This document shows, piece after piece, positions 8,695 through 16,910 of a stretch of 27,712 nucleotides of DNA. Position numbers and translations under genes: made by a program. The notes beneath the pieces are model-generated. The model searched no databases. It had not been told where the DNA came from and saw only the letters and a list, made by a program, of their open reading frames with translations. The first letter of the stretch is position 1, and every line of letters begins with the position of its first letter. Source of the DNA: an archaeon (GTDB lineage: Archaea; EX4484-52; B79-G9); the NCBI GenBank assembly GCA_043813875.1, contig JBDRKP010000040.1, positions 1-27,712 on the forward strand, read 5' to 3'.

Positions 8695-8886
8695 TTAATA
8701 TCTCTGTGGTTTCTTATTTCTGTAGCATTCTCTGCAGAAAACTGGCTTGCCTTCCATTGGCTTGAATGGAACTTCGCATTCTTCGCCGCATTCTGAACAA
8801 GTCGCTTTGTGCATTTCACGAGGTGCTCCGCCGAATCCACCGCTTCCGCCGCTGCTTCTTCGTGGTCCTCTATTAAAGTCGCCCAT
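8695..8886 (-). CDS. CxxC-x17-CxxC zinc-ribbon small protein
   Basis: REMHKATCSECGEECEVPFKP...KPVFCRECY; GGAG upstream. Confidence 0.9.
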   Translation of the reverse strand: MGDFNRGPRRSSGGSGGFGGAPREMHKATCSECGEECEVPFKPMEGKPVFCRECYRNKKPQRY

Positions 8887-9002
8887 GTATATTCTCTCCT
8901 ATATTAACTTTGCATAAAGAATACTTTTTACGGAATTCTTTATGTTATATGTATGGTATTGGATTTATGGTTTTATAAGCTTTTGGGTGGTGGTGGCTAT
9001 CG

Positions 9003-9473
9003 TCAGGACTGCGCGTTATTCACGTTATTCTCGATGCCGCCTATGAGGCGTTCTGCGTCCCAGATCATCTTCCTGTGGTCGAAGGCGATGTCTTTCGGGA
9101 GGTTGTCCAGATCGAAGTATCTGACCTCTTTTGCCTCCTGTGTAGGCCCCGGCTTCCCGCCGATTATTTCCATCAGGTAGGCGATCGATATGGTGTGGCC
9201 TCTTGGGTCGCGATCCGGGCCGGAGTAGGCGCCGACTAATCTTGTTGCGCGTGTCTTCAGGCCTGTCTCTTCTAAAATCTCTCTTGATATGGCATGTTCG
9301 AGCGTCTCGCCAAGCTCTACGAAGCCGCCGGGGAGCGCCCAGTAGCCTTTGAATGGGTCTGTCGCTCGTTTTATGAGAAGTATCTTTTTGTCTTCTATTA
9401 TCAGCCCGTCTACTGTTATCATGGGCACGTATCTTCTTATGGTGTCTAAGGGGATGTCATGTGTCATGGTCAT
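9003..9473 (-). CDS. NUDIX hydrolase (ADP-ribose pyrophosphatase-like)
   Basis: WALPGGFVELGETLEHAISREILEETGL Nudix box, RDPRGH; start reassigned to ATG 9473, which overlaps the upstream stop (ATGA). Confidence 0.9.
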   Translation of the reverse strand: MTMTHDIPLDTIRRYVPMITVDGLIIEDKKILLIKRATDPFKGYWALPGGFVELGETLEHAISREILEETGLKTRATRLVGAYSGPDRDPRGHTISIAYLMEIIGGKPGPTQEAKEVRYFDLDNLPKDIAFDHRKMIWDAERLIGGIENNVNNAQS

Positions 9474-10966
9474 ATCTCTTCTATCAGCATGTCTTCTTTT
9501 GGCCTTATTATGTAGACCTTTCGGTGCTTCTCTTCGTTGAGTGCGCGCTTGAGCTTGTGTTTTTCTTCTGCGTATATGTCGAAGAGCTTTTCGCCAATGT
9601 TCACTTTCTGGTCTTTCTTGAAGTAGAGGTAGATGCCTGCGCCTTTGTCTTTCGGGGCGCCGGCGAGGCGCGCTATCTTCGCTACTGATGTGTTCGAGAT
9701 TGTCTGGACTGTGCCGGATGTTTCTGCGCATATCGATTGCTTGTATTTTCCAATGAGCTTGTTTATGTCTTTTTTCGGGTCGCCTTTCTGGGCGGTTATT
9801 ATCTCGTTGAATTTCTTTAAGGCCTGGCCTGAGTCGAGAATCTGTCTTGCTTTCTCTTCATCGCCCTGGCCTGTCATTTTCAGGATGATGCCGGCAAGCT
9901 CGATTGATTTTTCTCTCAGGTCTTTCGGGCCTTTGCCTTCGAGGACTTCCAGTATGTCTATGGCTTCAAGGACCGGGCCGATGCCTCTGCCTACCGGGCC
10001 GTCGCCTTTCGTGATTGCGCATTCGACAACCATGTCCAGTTTCTTTCCGATGTATTTGAATTTGCGGCCGAGGTTGCGGGCTTTGTCTATCCTGCTGACT
10101 TTGGCACCGTCGCCTAACGGGATGTCGATCAGTACGTATTTTGAGCCTGCTGATTTCTTTTTCGAGAGGACTGATGCTATGACCTGGCCTTCGGGGTCGA
10201 GTGACAGCGGATATTCTGCGCGGATGAGCTTGTCGTCGACGGGCGCGATGTCGAGTGAGCCGCCCCAGACCATGCATGCGTTTGTCTTGTTGACTATGTG
10301 TGTTATCTCTTCTGGTGTGAATGATACTTCGCAGAATACTTCCATGGTGTCTGCTGTGCCGGCGGGGGATGTTATCGCCCGCGAGCTAGTTTTCGGGACG
10401 GTGAGGCCTGCTGCCGCAAGGATGGGGACTACTATCGGTGTTGTCCTGTTGCCCGGGATGCCGCCGATGGAGTGCTTGTCTACGACGTATTTTTGCGGCC
10501 ATTCCATCTGCTTGCCGTGCTTTACCATTGATTTTGTCACGTTTATTATCTCTTTTTCCGAGAAGCCCTGCATGTAGATGGCGGCGACGAGAGCGCCCAG
10601 TTCGATGTCTGTCAGGCGGTTGCAGTCTATGTCTTTTATCAGGATCTCTATCTCTTCTTTCTTGAGCTCTATGCAGTCCATCTTCTTTTTTATTATGTCT
10701 AATGATTCCGGTTTACATGCAGGTCTTATGCTTATTATTGTGCCTTCTTTTATGCCGTATTTTTTTGATTCTTTTCTTAAGCCGATCTCGCCTTTGTTCA
10801 CCAGTGTGTGTGTTGTCTCTATGTATGCTGTTTTTGTCGTCTCTTTGTAGGTGATCTCTACCCTGTCGTAGGGCCTCAGGCCCAGTTCATGCGCATCTTC
10901 TGCGTTCATTATGACTACAGGTATGCCTGGTTCGAAGTCCATGAAGTGAGCTTTTAGTTTTATCAT
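9470..10966 (-). CDS. deoA: AMP phosphorylase (archaeal DeoA / thymidine phosphorylase family)
   Basis: DKHSIGGIPGN, PKTSSRAITSPAGTADTME, GAPKDKGAG; N-terminal extension typical of AMPpase. Confidence 0.93.
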   Translation of the reverse strand: MIKLKAHFMDFEPGIPVVIMNAEDAHELGLRPYDRVEITYKETTKTAYIETTHTLVNKGEIGLRKESKKYGIKEGTIISIRPACKPESLDIIKKKMDCIELKKEEIEILIKDIDCNRLTDIELGALVAAIYMQGFSEKEIINVTKSMVKHGKQMEWPQKYVVDKHSIGGIPGNRTTPIVVPILAAAGLTVPKTSSRAITSPAGTADTMEVFCEVSFTPEEITHIVNKTNACMVWGGSLDIAPVDDKLIRAEYPLSLDPEGQVIASVLSKKKSAGSKYVLIDIPLGDGAKVSRIDKARNLGRKFKYIGKKLDMVVECAITKGDGPVGRGIGPVLEAIDILEVLEGKGPKDLREKSIELAGIILKMTGQGDEEKARQILDSGQALKKFNEIITAQKGDPKKDINKLIGKYKQSICAETSGTVQTISNTSVAKIARLAGAPKDKGAGIYLYFKKDQKVNIGEKLFDIYAEEKHKLKRALNEEKHRKVYIIRPKEDMLIEEI

Positions 10967-10967
10967 G

Positions 10968-12353
10968 TTATCTCCTGCTGAATATATTGCTTATCAGTAT
11001 TAATATAGGAAATATCTCGAGACGGCCGAGGAGCATGTTTGCGATGAGTGTCATCTTTGTTATTGCAGAGGCGGATGCGATGCCGATTATGTCAAGGCCG
11101 ACTGTGCCTTGCGCTGATGTCACCTGGAAGAATGATTCTATCGGCGTGTAGCCTGCGAATATCAGTATCATTGTGCCTATTGCGAGGCTCAGGGTGTATG
11201 TGAATATGACTGTGCCTGTGAGGCGTATCGTGTTTTCGTCTATGGGGTTGCCACGTATCTTGAACGGGATTATCGCGCTGCTGGGCAGTGTCATCTTCCT
11301 GATTGTCCATGGGATGGTCTTCAGCGAGATGAGGAAGCGCATCTGTTTTATGCCGCCTGCGGTGGAGCCGGATGAGCTTCCGATGTACATGAGGATTGTC
11401 AGGATGAGTATGACGGGGGTGGACAGGAGGGATATTTCGGTTATGGTGAAGCCGGTGGCTGTGAGCGCTGAGATGGTCTCAAATATGGCTATTTTCGCTG
11501 TGCCTGTCAGGATGTAGATGGATAGTGAGGCGATCAGTATCATTATTGCCATTGACTGGACTTCGATGTTTTTTAGGGCTTCTTTTGGGCGCATCTTGAA
11601 TATCTTGTCGTGTATCATGAAGTTCACCGATCCGATGAGCATGAGGATGCTGATGATGGCGAGGGTGGAGTCGGTGGCGCGTGGGAATATGCTGTCATTG
11701 ACTGTGAAGCCGCCTGTTGATATTGATGTGAATGTCGTTGTGACTGCTTCGAAAGGGTCGAGGCCTGAGAGGTAGAGGAGGAATATGCCTAGCGCGGAGT
11801 ATGTGAAGTATATTTTCATCATCCTGCGGGATGTCTCGTAGATGGTGGGCTCTAGTTTTTCTGTGTAGCCCTGGGCTTCGTAGAGGGCGGTTGATGATGT
11901 GCGGAGGCGGCTCAATATTGACAGGAAGATGACGATTATGCCGATGCCGCCGAGCCACTGGGTTTCGGAGCGCCAGAAGAGGATGCTTTTTGGGACGGTG
12001 GCCAGGTCTTCTATCACTGTGAGGCCGGTTGTGGTGAAGCCGGAGATGCCTTCGAAGAATGTGTCGAGAGCTATTGTTGCGGGGTTGCCTGTGAATATGC
12101 TGTAGTAGGGTATGGAGCCGATGAATGAGAAGACGAGGAATGTTATGGCGGTCAGCATGAGGCCTTCGTTCAAGCTCAGGCGGTCGCGCGTGAAGCTCTT
12201 GTCGAGGATGATGCCGAGGAATAATGAGATTACCATGGGTATGAAGAAGATCGTGACGGGTTCGTTGTATATCAATCCGACTATCACCGGCAGTATGAGG
12301 AATACTGCGAATATTTCGAGTAGTATGCCCATGTATGCAAGGATGTTTTTCAA
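10968..12353 (-). CDS. trkH: Trk potassium uptake membrane subunit
   Basis: SGFTTTG, QWLGGIG, STGGF, GSTAGGIK, GRLEI. Confidence 0.95.
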   Translation of the reverse strand: MKNILAYMGILLEIFAVFLILPVIVGLIYNEPVTIFFIPMVISLFLGIILDKSFTRDRLSLNEGLMLTAITFLVFSFIGSIPYYSIFTGNPATIALDTFFEGISGFTTTGLTVIEDLATVPKSILFWRSETQWLGGIGIIVIFLSILSRLRTSSTALYEAQGYTEKLEPTIYETSRRMMKIYFTYSALGIFLLYLSGLDPFEAVTTTFTSISTGGFTVNDSIFPRATDSTLAIISILMLIGSVNFMIHDKIFKMRPKEALKNIEVQSMAIMILIASLSIYILTGTAKIAIFETISALTATGFTITEISLLSTPVILILTILMYIGSSSGSTAGGIKQMRFLISLKTIPWTIRKMTLPSSAIIPFKIRGNPIDENTIRLTGTVIFTYTLSLAIGTMILIFAGYTPIESFFQVTSAQGTVGLDIIGIASASAITKMTLIANMLLGRLEIFPILILISNIFSRR

Positions 12354-12354
12354 T

Positions 12355-13011
12355 TCATTCTCCCTTGACGAGTTGTATGAGTCTTGGAATGGTTTCTGTC
12401 TTTGTGATGAATAGCGCCACGTCGCCTGCTTCCAGTTTCGTGTCCTTGTCTGCGATGATGACTGTCCCGTTGCGGTATACGCTGCCGAGGAGTGCGCCGT
12501 TTATTCTTGTGCCTGATGAGCCCCTGAGTGAGCTTGATTGCGGAATGACGAGCTCCAGTATCTGGGCCTTGCCGTCGCTGATCTGGGCGACGATGCGTTC
12601 GCCTGCGCCGAGGAGGACGTTTGAGATCGATGTGACTGCGAGTTGTGTTACCGGGATTATTGAGTGGATGCCGAGTTTTACGAACAGTTCTTCGTTTCCA
12701 GGGTCGTTGACTCTTGCGACGATGCGCGGCACTCCTACGCTTCTTGCAATCTCGCATATCATCATGTTCGTCTTGTCGTCCTGTGTCGCTGCGACGATGG
12801 CATCGCATTTTTCGATGCCTGATTCTTCAAGCGTGACCATGTTAGATGCGTCGCCTTTGATCACGAGGGCGTCGGTGTCGAATGCTATCTGCTTTGCTAT
12901 CTCTACGTCTCTTTCTATGAGTGTTATCTTGTGTCTTTCTTTTGAGAGGACTTTGGTCAGGTTTATGCCTACGTTTCCGCCGCCAGCGATTATTATGTTC
13001 AATAGTATCAC
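12355..13011 (-). CDS. trkA: Trk NAD-binding regulatory subunit
   Basis: IIAGGGNVG Rossmann motif, GDA, DDKTN; short TrkA-C domain. Confidence 0.92.
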   Translation of the reverse strand: MILLNIIIAGGGNVGINLTKVLSKERHKITLIERDVEIAKQIAFDTDALVIKGDASNMVTLEESGIEKCDAIVAATQDDKTNMMICEIARSVGVPRIVARVNDPGNEELFVKLGIHSIIPVTQLAVTSISNVLLGAGERIVAQISDGKAQILELVIPQSSSLRGSSGTRINGALLGSVYRNGTVIIADKDTKLEAGDVALFITKTETIPRLIQLVKGE

Positions 13012-13248
13012 CTGTGTTTTTGTTTATAGTTGCTTGCTATATGGAAAAAGCACAATTATCTGTAAATGGAGTTGTGCTTTTTACTATATTATTTATGGTG
13101 TTGCTGTATATATATCTTTGATTCTGGCGGGGGTGTGACGGTTGGTGTCTTTATTCCGGATGTTCGCTTTATAAACAGGTATACTGCTCTGGGCTTTTTT
13201 GTAATGATTGTGCGAAGCTTTATATATTTGAAAAATCAATTACAGTAT

Positions 13249-13357
13249 GGTCTGTTTCATCCGGTGTGCAAAATAGTGCGCCAGACTGGCTGAAACGGAT
13301 TGGCTTTGGGGTTGGGCGAGTCGATTATTTGTTGACGTTCGCGCGATTCTTTTAGTC
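13249..13357 (+). promoter_or_regulatory. Structured 5' UTR of the MC1 gene (two G-U-rich hairpins)
   Basis: TATA tttatata 13219-13226; hairpins 13249-13301 and 13302-13357; GGAGG Shine-Dalgarno before ATG 13391. Confidence 0.5.
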
Positions 13358-13390
13358 TTTGGGAATATTATCGAAATAGGAGGTTTTGAA

Positions 13391-13681
13391 ATGGCTGAGA
13401 AAAGAAACTTTGTTTTAATGAAAGGTGGCAAGGATACAGACTCTATTTTTACAGGAAGAGCACCTCGCCAGGCAGCTTTGAAAGCAGCTAACAGAAACAT
13501 AACAGATATCAGATTGAGAGAGAGGGGAACCAAGAAAGTACATCTGTTCAAGGGAGCCCGCACAAAAGTTGCTGCACCATCAAATGCGCCATCCTGGATG
13601 GGAGACAAAGTGTGGAAACCATCAGTGAAGAAAGTCGGTATCGAGAGACTTGATGCTGGCAAGAAGAAAAAGAAGAAATAA
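13391..13681 (+). CDS. Non-histone chromosomal protein MC1 family
   Basis: FTGRAPRQAALKAA, IRLRERGTKKVHLFKG, PSWM...WKP.VKK; Lys6 tail. Confidence 0.93.
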   Translation: MAEKRNFVLMKGGKDTDSIFTGRAPRQAALKAANRNITDIRLRERGTKKVHLFKGARTKVAAPSNAPSWMGDKVWKPSVKKVGIERLDAGKKKKKK

Positions 13682-13702
13682 GTTATTTGTTTGATTCTGA
13701 GT

Positions 13703-13736
13703 GCCGGATTTTTTCCGGCTTTTTTTGTTTTTTTTG
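13703..13736 (+). terminator. Hairpin + T-tract terminator
   Basis: GCCGGA-ttttt-TCCGGC followed by T7-G-T8. Confidence 0.75.
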
Positions 13737-13916
13737 ATTTTGTTGTTTATTCTTGAAATATGTCACATCTCAAAATCAAACACAATTCAGACTTTTTTCG
13801 AAAATTTGAATATATTATTTATAAAGACTCATTAAATGATGTGACAAATTTAAAGATTGTTATTCATAATTATTAATAATTGTTAATAAATGACGGATAA
13901 CTATCGAGTGATATAT

Positions 13917-14069
13917 ATGGCAAAACCAATACCTACGACACCCATATTAACGGGCAAAGATGCAGAAAGATTTTTGAAACGAATGAAAGCGAATGAGAGA
14001 AGCCCGATGACCAAAAGGGAGAAAGAGATAGCAAAAGCTCTTAATAATTTTCGTTGCAATATCAAGTAG
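13917..14069 (+). CDS. 50-aa small protein, GNAT-associated antitoxin-like (not in ORF track)
   Basis: MAKPIPTTPILTGKDAERFLKRMKANERSPMTKREKEIAKALNNFRCNIK*; the MAKPI..TP.L.G.DA.RF start is recognised from small proteins next to GNAT genes; converges on the GNAT with 8-nt overlap. Confidence 0.7.
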   Translation: MAKPIPTTPILTGKDAERFLKRMKANERSPMTKREKEIAKALNNFRCNIK

Positions 14070-14450
14070 ACTCTTTTTTCAGAAATTTAATTGCATCAAA
14101 AAACATGGGCGTTGGTGCGTTTCCTTTACTTTCTTTTGTGATTATGAAATTCATTTTTTTGTATAATTTTTCAGCACTTTCGTTTCTTTTTGCATCTACG
14201 GTGATGAATCGACACCCAGTGCCATATTTATTCAACCGTTCAACAATCTTTATAGCAAAAAGGATTATTTGGCTTCCAACGCCTATTCCTTGATATTTCA
14301 GATCAACAGCCAATCTCCCTATTTTTAGTGCGGGCATCCAATGATATCCGATACCTTTTTTTAAGAACGCTTCATGCATGGTTGTGCCTTTAATTTTGAT
14401 AGAATCGTTCAATAATGTGACATATCCTACCAATTCATTCGTGGGCCGAT
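14062..14450 (-). pseudogene. GNAT acetyltransferase (toxin-like), 5' truncated
   Basis: ELVGYVTLLNDSI, PALKIGRLAVD..YQGIGVGS, GCRFITVDAK, LYKKMNF; the usual N-terminal segment is replaced by the palindromic element. Confidence 0.8.
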
Positions 14451-14593
14451 AATTCAAGTTAAATACTTCGAGCCGTAAGCGAGAGTGCAACGCGGTCGAG
14501 TACTTCGAGGCGAAGTCCGAGGTATTGGGAAGTAAATTTAGGGTCCATCAATCAAGCGAACAAATAGAGCAATAAGACGCAGAATTAATGGGC
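14445..14593. repeat. attC-like imperfect palindrome directly downstream of the 267-aa gene
   Basis: Outer arms gccgataattc (14445-14455) / gaattaatgggc (14582-14593); inner arms aatacttcg (14462-14470) / cgaggtatt (14518-14526). Confidence 0.5.
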
Positions 14594-14598
14594 TTTTG

Positions 14599-15402
14599 TT
14601 ATATTTTGAATTCTTTCATAAATTCCGCCTTATTATAATGTTTTAAATCTGAAGAATCCTTCTTCAACAATTGTTTTTTACATTCGATTAGATTTAAATC
14701 GGGACATTTACTGGTAATTTGTGGGTCTTCTTTTATTAACTTCAAGAGAGGATCCAATAGAATGGGATTGAGAAATTTAAGATTAAGTAATATTTGCAAT
14801 ATCTTGAAATAATCTTTTGTATCAACTGTTGGTTCATTCTTTTTTCCTTTAAACTGAATGAGTTCAATTTTATCCGTCTTATATTTTAATTTATTCACTT
14901 TAAAAGAACGGTAGATTAATTCATGTAGTTTATTACTATATTCACTTAGATTATTGAGGGGTTCTGAATTAAAGAAAAAATCTTTAAGCTTCTTCTCAAT
15001 TTCGAAAGTATTCTCAATTAGGTCTATAATTTCTGAGATATTATACATAAAACCATTACAACATTCTTCAAGTTCCTCCTTAGATTCAGCTAACAATGTA
15101 ATGTGTAATGTTCCTTTATTCATTAAGTTTTCATCAGAAGCGAAATTATTAATTTGGAGGTGAGGGTATTGATGTCCTTTTGTCGAATGTTGCTCTAATG
15201 CAATTCTTGTTTCTACTCTAAAATATGCGGGGGTGTTTTTCTTTTTTGCAGAGAGAACAATCTCAAAACAATCTTCAAGTGAATTATTTACACTTAGAGT
15301 AACTTCGATATCACTATCCTCAAACATGCGATTCTCATTAAGACATCGCTCAATAAGCCTAAAATTGGGCGTACCTACTATCTTCGGCTTCTGATGGTCC
15401 AT
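14599..15402 (-). CDS. Hypothetical protein with HxxxxHxxPHxQ motif (putative nuclease toxin)
   Basis: 267-aa AT-rich ORF containing EQHSTKGHQYPHLQIN; overlaps the upstream gene by 25 nt. Confidence 0.75.
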   Translation of the reverse strand: MDHQKPKIVGTPNFRLIERCLNENRMFEDSDIEVTLSVNNSLEDCFEIVLSAKKKNTPAYFRVETRIALEQHSTKGHQYPHLQINNFASDENLMNKGTLHITLLAESKEELEECCNGFMYNISEIIDLIENTFEIEKKLKDFFFNSEPLNNLSEYSNKLHELIYRSFKVNKLKYKTDKIELIQFKGKKNEPTVDTKDYFKILQILLNLKFLNPILLDPLLKLIKEDPQITSKCPDLNLIECKKQLLKKDSSDLKHYNKAEFMKEFKI

Positions 15403-16247
15403 ATGCTTCTCTCTTTATTTATTTTTATTTGCTCTAATTCAAGTTCAAATTTATTTAACTTCTGTACAACATCTTCATTCAATGAATTGTTTGAAATATT
15501 ATGGCTATCATACCGGTCTTTCCAAAAATCTAAATTAAAGTAATTAGATTCATTGATTTTTTTATCTAATTTCTTGTTAATAATGAAATGAAGAATTTTA
15601 AAATAAACAAAATACTTCGTTTTAATGTAATCTACATTACTTTCAAGCAGAAATTCTTTTTCCCTGATAATCTCTTTCGGGTCAGAATTTAAATTTATGT
15701 TCTTTAGAGATTTTAGAATATCAATCGTTTGAATAGTCCTAATTCCCTTTTCCTCTGAAACAGGTTTTCCTTGTAGTAAATAATTATCAATTTCTAGATT
15801 AAAAGAAAATTCGTCATGTGATTTTGCCTTTGAGTCATTATATGAATATTCAATCTTTAGATCCGGATGATATATGAAAGTTTTTTGTTCTCTCTTAAAT
15901 CCACTTTCTATGTATTTTATTAGACTTTTATTTTGTTTTTCTAAACTTTTTAAAAAAGAGCTTTCTTCTCTTAATTGCTCATTGTTCTCCATTAATCTCC
16001 TAATAACTTCTTCATATGTTTCCCTCGGTTTCAGATATTTCTTTAATTTATTTTTTGTGTCAAATGATACTCTAATTGTAGTTATTGCATCATGTATGCT
16101 TTCGTTTCTATAAACCGGGTCCAAATTATCTAGAGTATTTCTATTTGAGCCCATTCTTTCATTAATCGAATTCAGGATATTTTGCTTTAATATTTTCTTA
16201 AAGTTGTCATCTGAATTTTTTAGGGATTTTATTGTTATATGTCGCAT
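15378..16247 (-). CDS. Hypothetical protein with RHH/antitoxin-like DNA-binding segment and coiled coil
   Basis: ITTIRVSFDTKNKLKKYLKPRETYEEVIRRLME resembles archaeal RHH antitoxin N-termini. Confidence 0.75.
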   Translation of the reverse strand: MRHITIKSLKNSDDNFKKILKQNILNSINERMGSNRNTLDNLDPVYRNESIHDAITTIRVSFDTKNKLKKYLKPRETYEEVIRRLMENNEQLREESSFLKSLEKQNKSLIKYIESGFKREQKTFIYHPDLKIEYSYNDSKAKSHDEFSFNLEIDNYLLQGKPVSEEKGIRTIQTIDILKSLKNINLNSDPKEIIREKEFLLESNVDYIKTKYFVYFKILHFIINKKLDKKINESNYFNLDFWKDRYDSHNISNNSLNEDVVQKLNKFELELEQIKINKERSIWTIRSRR

Positions 16248-16249
16248 AT

Positions 16250-16328
16250 TATGTATATGGTGTATACATATATTTAAAAGTATCTGCTATCTTTATAAAT
16301 GAATTGAGTTTGTATACGAAATATACAA
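16250..16328. promoter_or_regulatory. Two TGTATA-N5-TATACA palindromes flanking the TATA box of the 289-aa gene
   Basis: TATGTATA-tggtg-TATACATA 16250-16270; TTGTATA-cgaaa-TATACAA 16310-16328; minus-strand TTTTAAATATA at 16269-16279. Confidence 0.65.
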
Positions 16329-16393
16329 TGTATATTCTGGATAACAAAAATATATATTATTTTATAACTCCAAATTTAAATGCTCGCTTGCTA

Positions 16394-16427
16394 GAAATCC
16401 CCAACCTTTAGGTTTGGGGAGCATCAA
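16394..16427 (+). mobile_element. IS200/IS605-family right-end remnant
   Basis: gaaatccccaacctttaggtttggggagcaTCAA: subterminal hairpin ending in TCAA; no tnpA/tnpB present. Confidence 0.6.
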
Positions 16428-16431
16428 TTGT

Positions 16432-16629
16432 ATTTAACTCTGGAATTTTACGACGTTTTCCAAAGAAAAATGTGGATGAAGCAAAGCGAAATCGTAAAAT
16501 TCTATGTTAACTCCCGTAATCAAAAGCCTTAGCGGTCAAGCACAGCAGCGAAGCGAGGAGCGGAAAAGTCGAGAAAGAGGGCGTTCTACCGAAAGAGCTA
16601 ATGTGATACACTTACAAGAATTATGGGGC
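16432..16629. repeat. Two adjacent attC-like palindromes
   Basis: atttaac..gaattttacga (16443-16453) / tcgtaaaattc (16492-16502)..gttaac; then taactcccgtaa ... ttacaagaattatggggc (to 16629). Confidence 0.5.
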
Positions 16630-16694
16630 ACACTCAAAAACGAATTCCTTTTTTTTCCTTTTATCATTAGCACTATTGCAAATAAACTAATTAA

Positions 16695-16910
16695 TACTGC
16701 AAAAACCCCCAAAAAGCAGCAAAGAAAGCTCATGTCAAGAAAAATGTTATGCCGCATACTTTGAGGCATAGTTTTGCTACGCATCTGCTTGAGTGTGGTG
16801 CGGATATCAGGTATATCCAGAGCCTTCTTGGACATCGGGACTTAAAGACGACACAGATATATACTCATGTTGCCAGCCACAATATCACTAAGCTTGCTTG
16901 TCTTCTTTAG
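16695..16910 (+). pseudogene. Tyrosine recombinase (XerD/IntI-like) C-terminal remnant (not in ORF track)
   Basis: [53 protein letters not shown]...LL*: HxLRH, LLGH and catalytic Tyr; in-frame stop at 16692 upstream. Confidence 0.92.

Noticed and set aside
9474..9731. N-terminal extension of NUDIX in the 242-aa track ORF
   Set aside because: Overlaps AMP phosphorylase in another frame; the ATGA-coupled start at 9473 is more plausible
14451..14490. Track start (MHSRLRLEV) of the GNAT
   Set aside because: TTG inside the palindromic element; the peptide is not GNAT-like
16536..16835. 99-aa minus-strand ORF as a real gene
   Set aside because: Chimeric: antisense of the recombinase remnant + short TM fragment + palindrome
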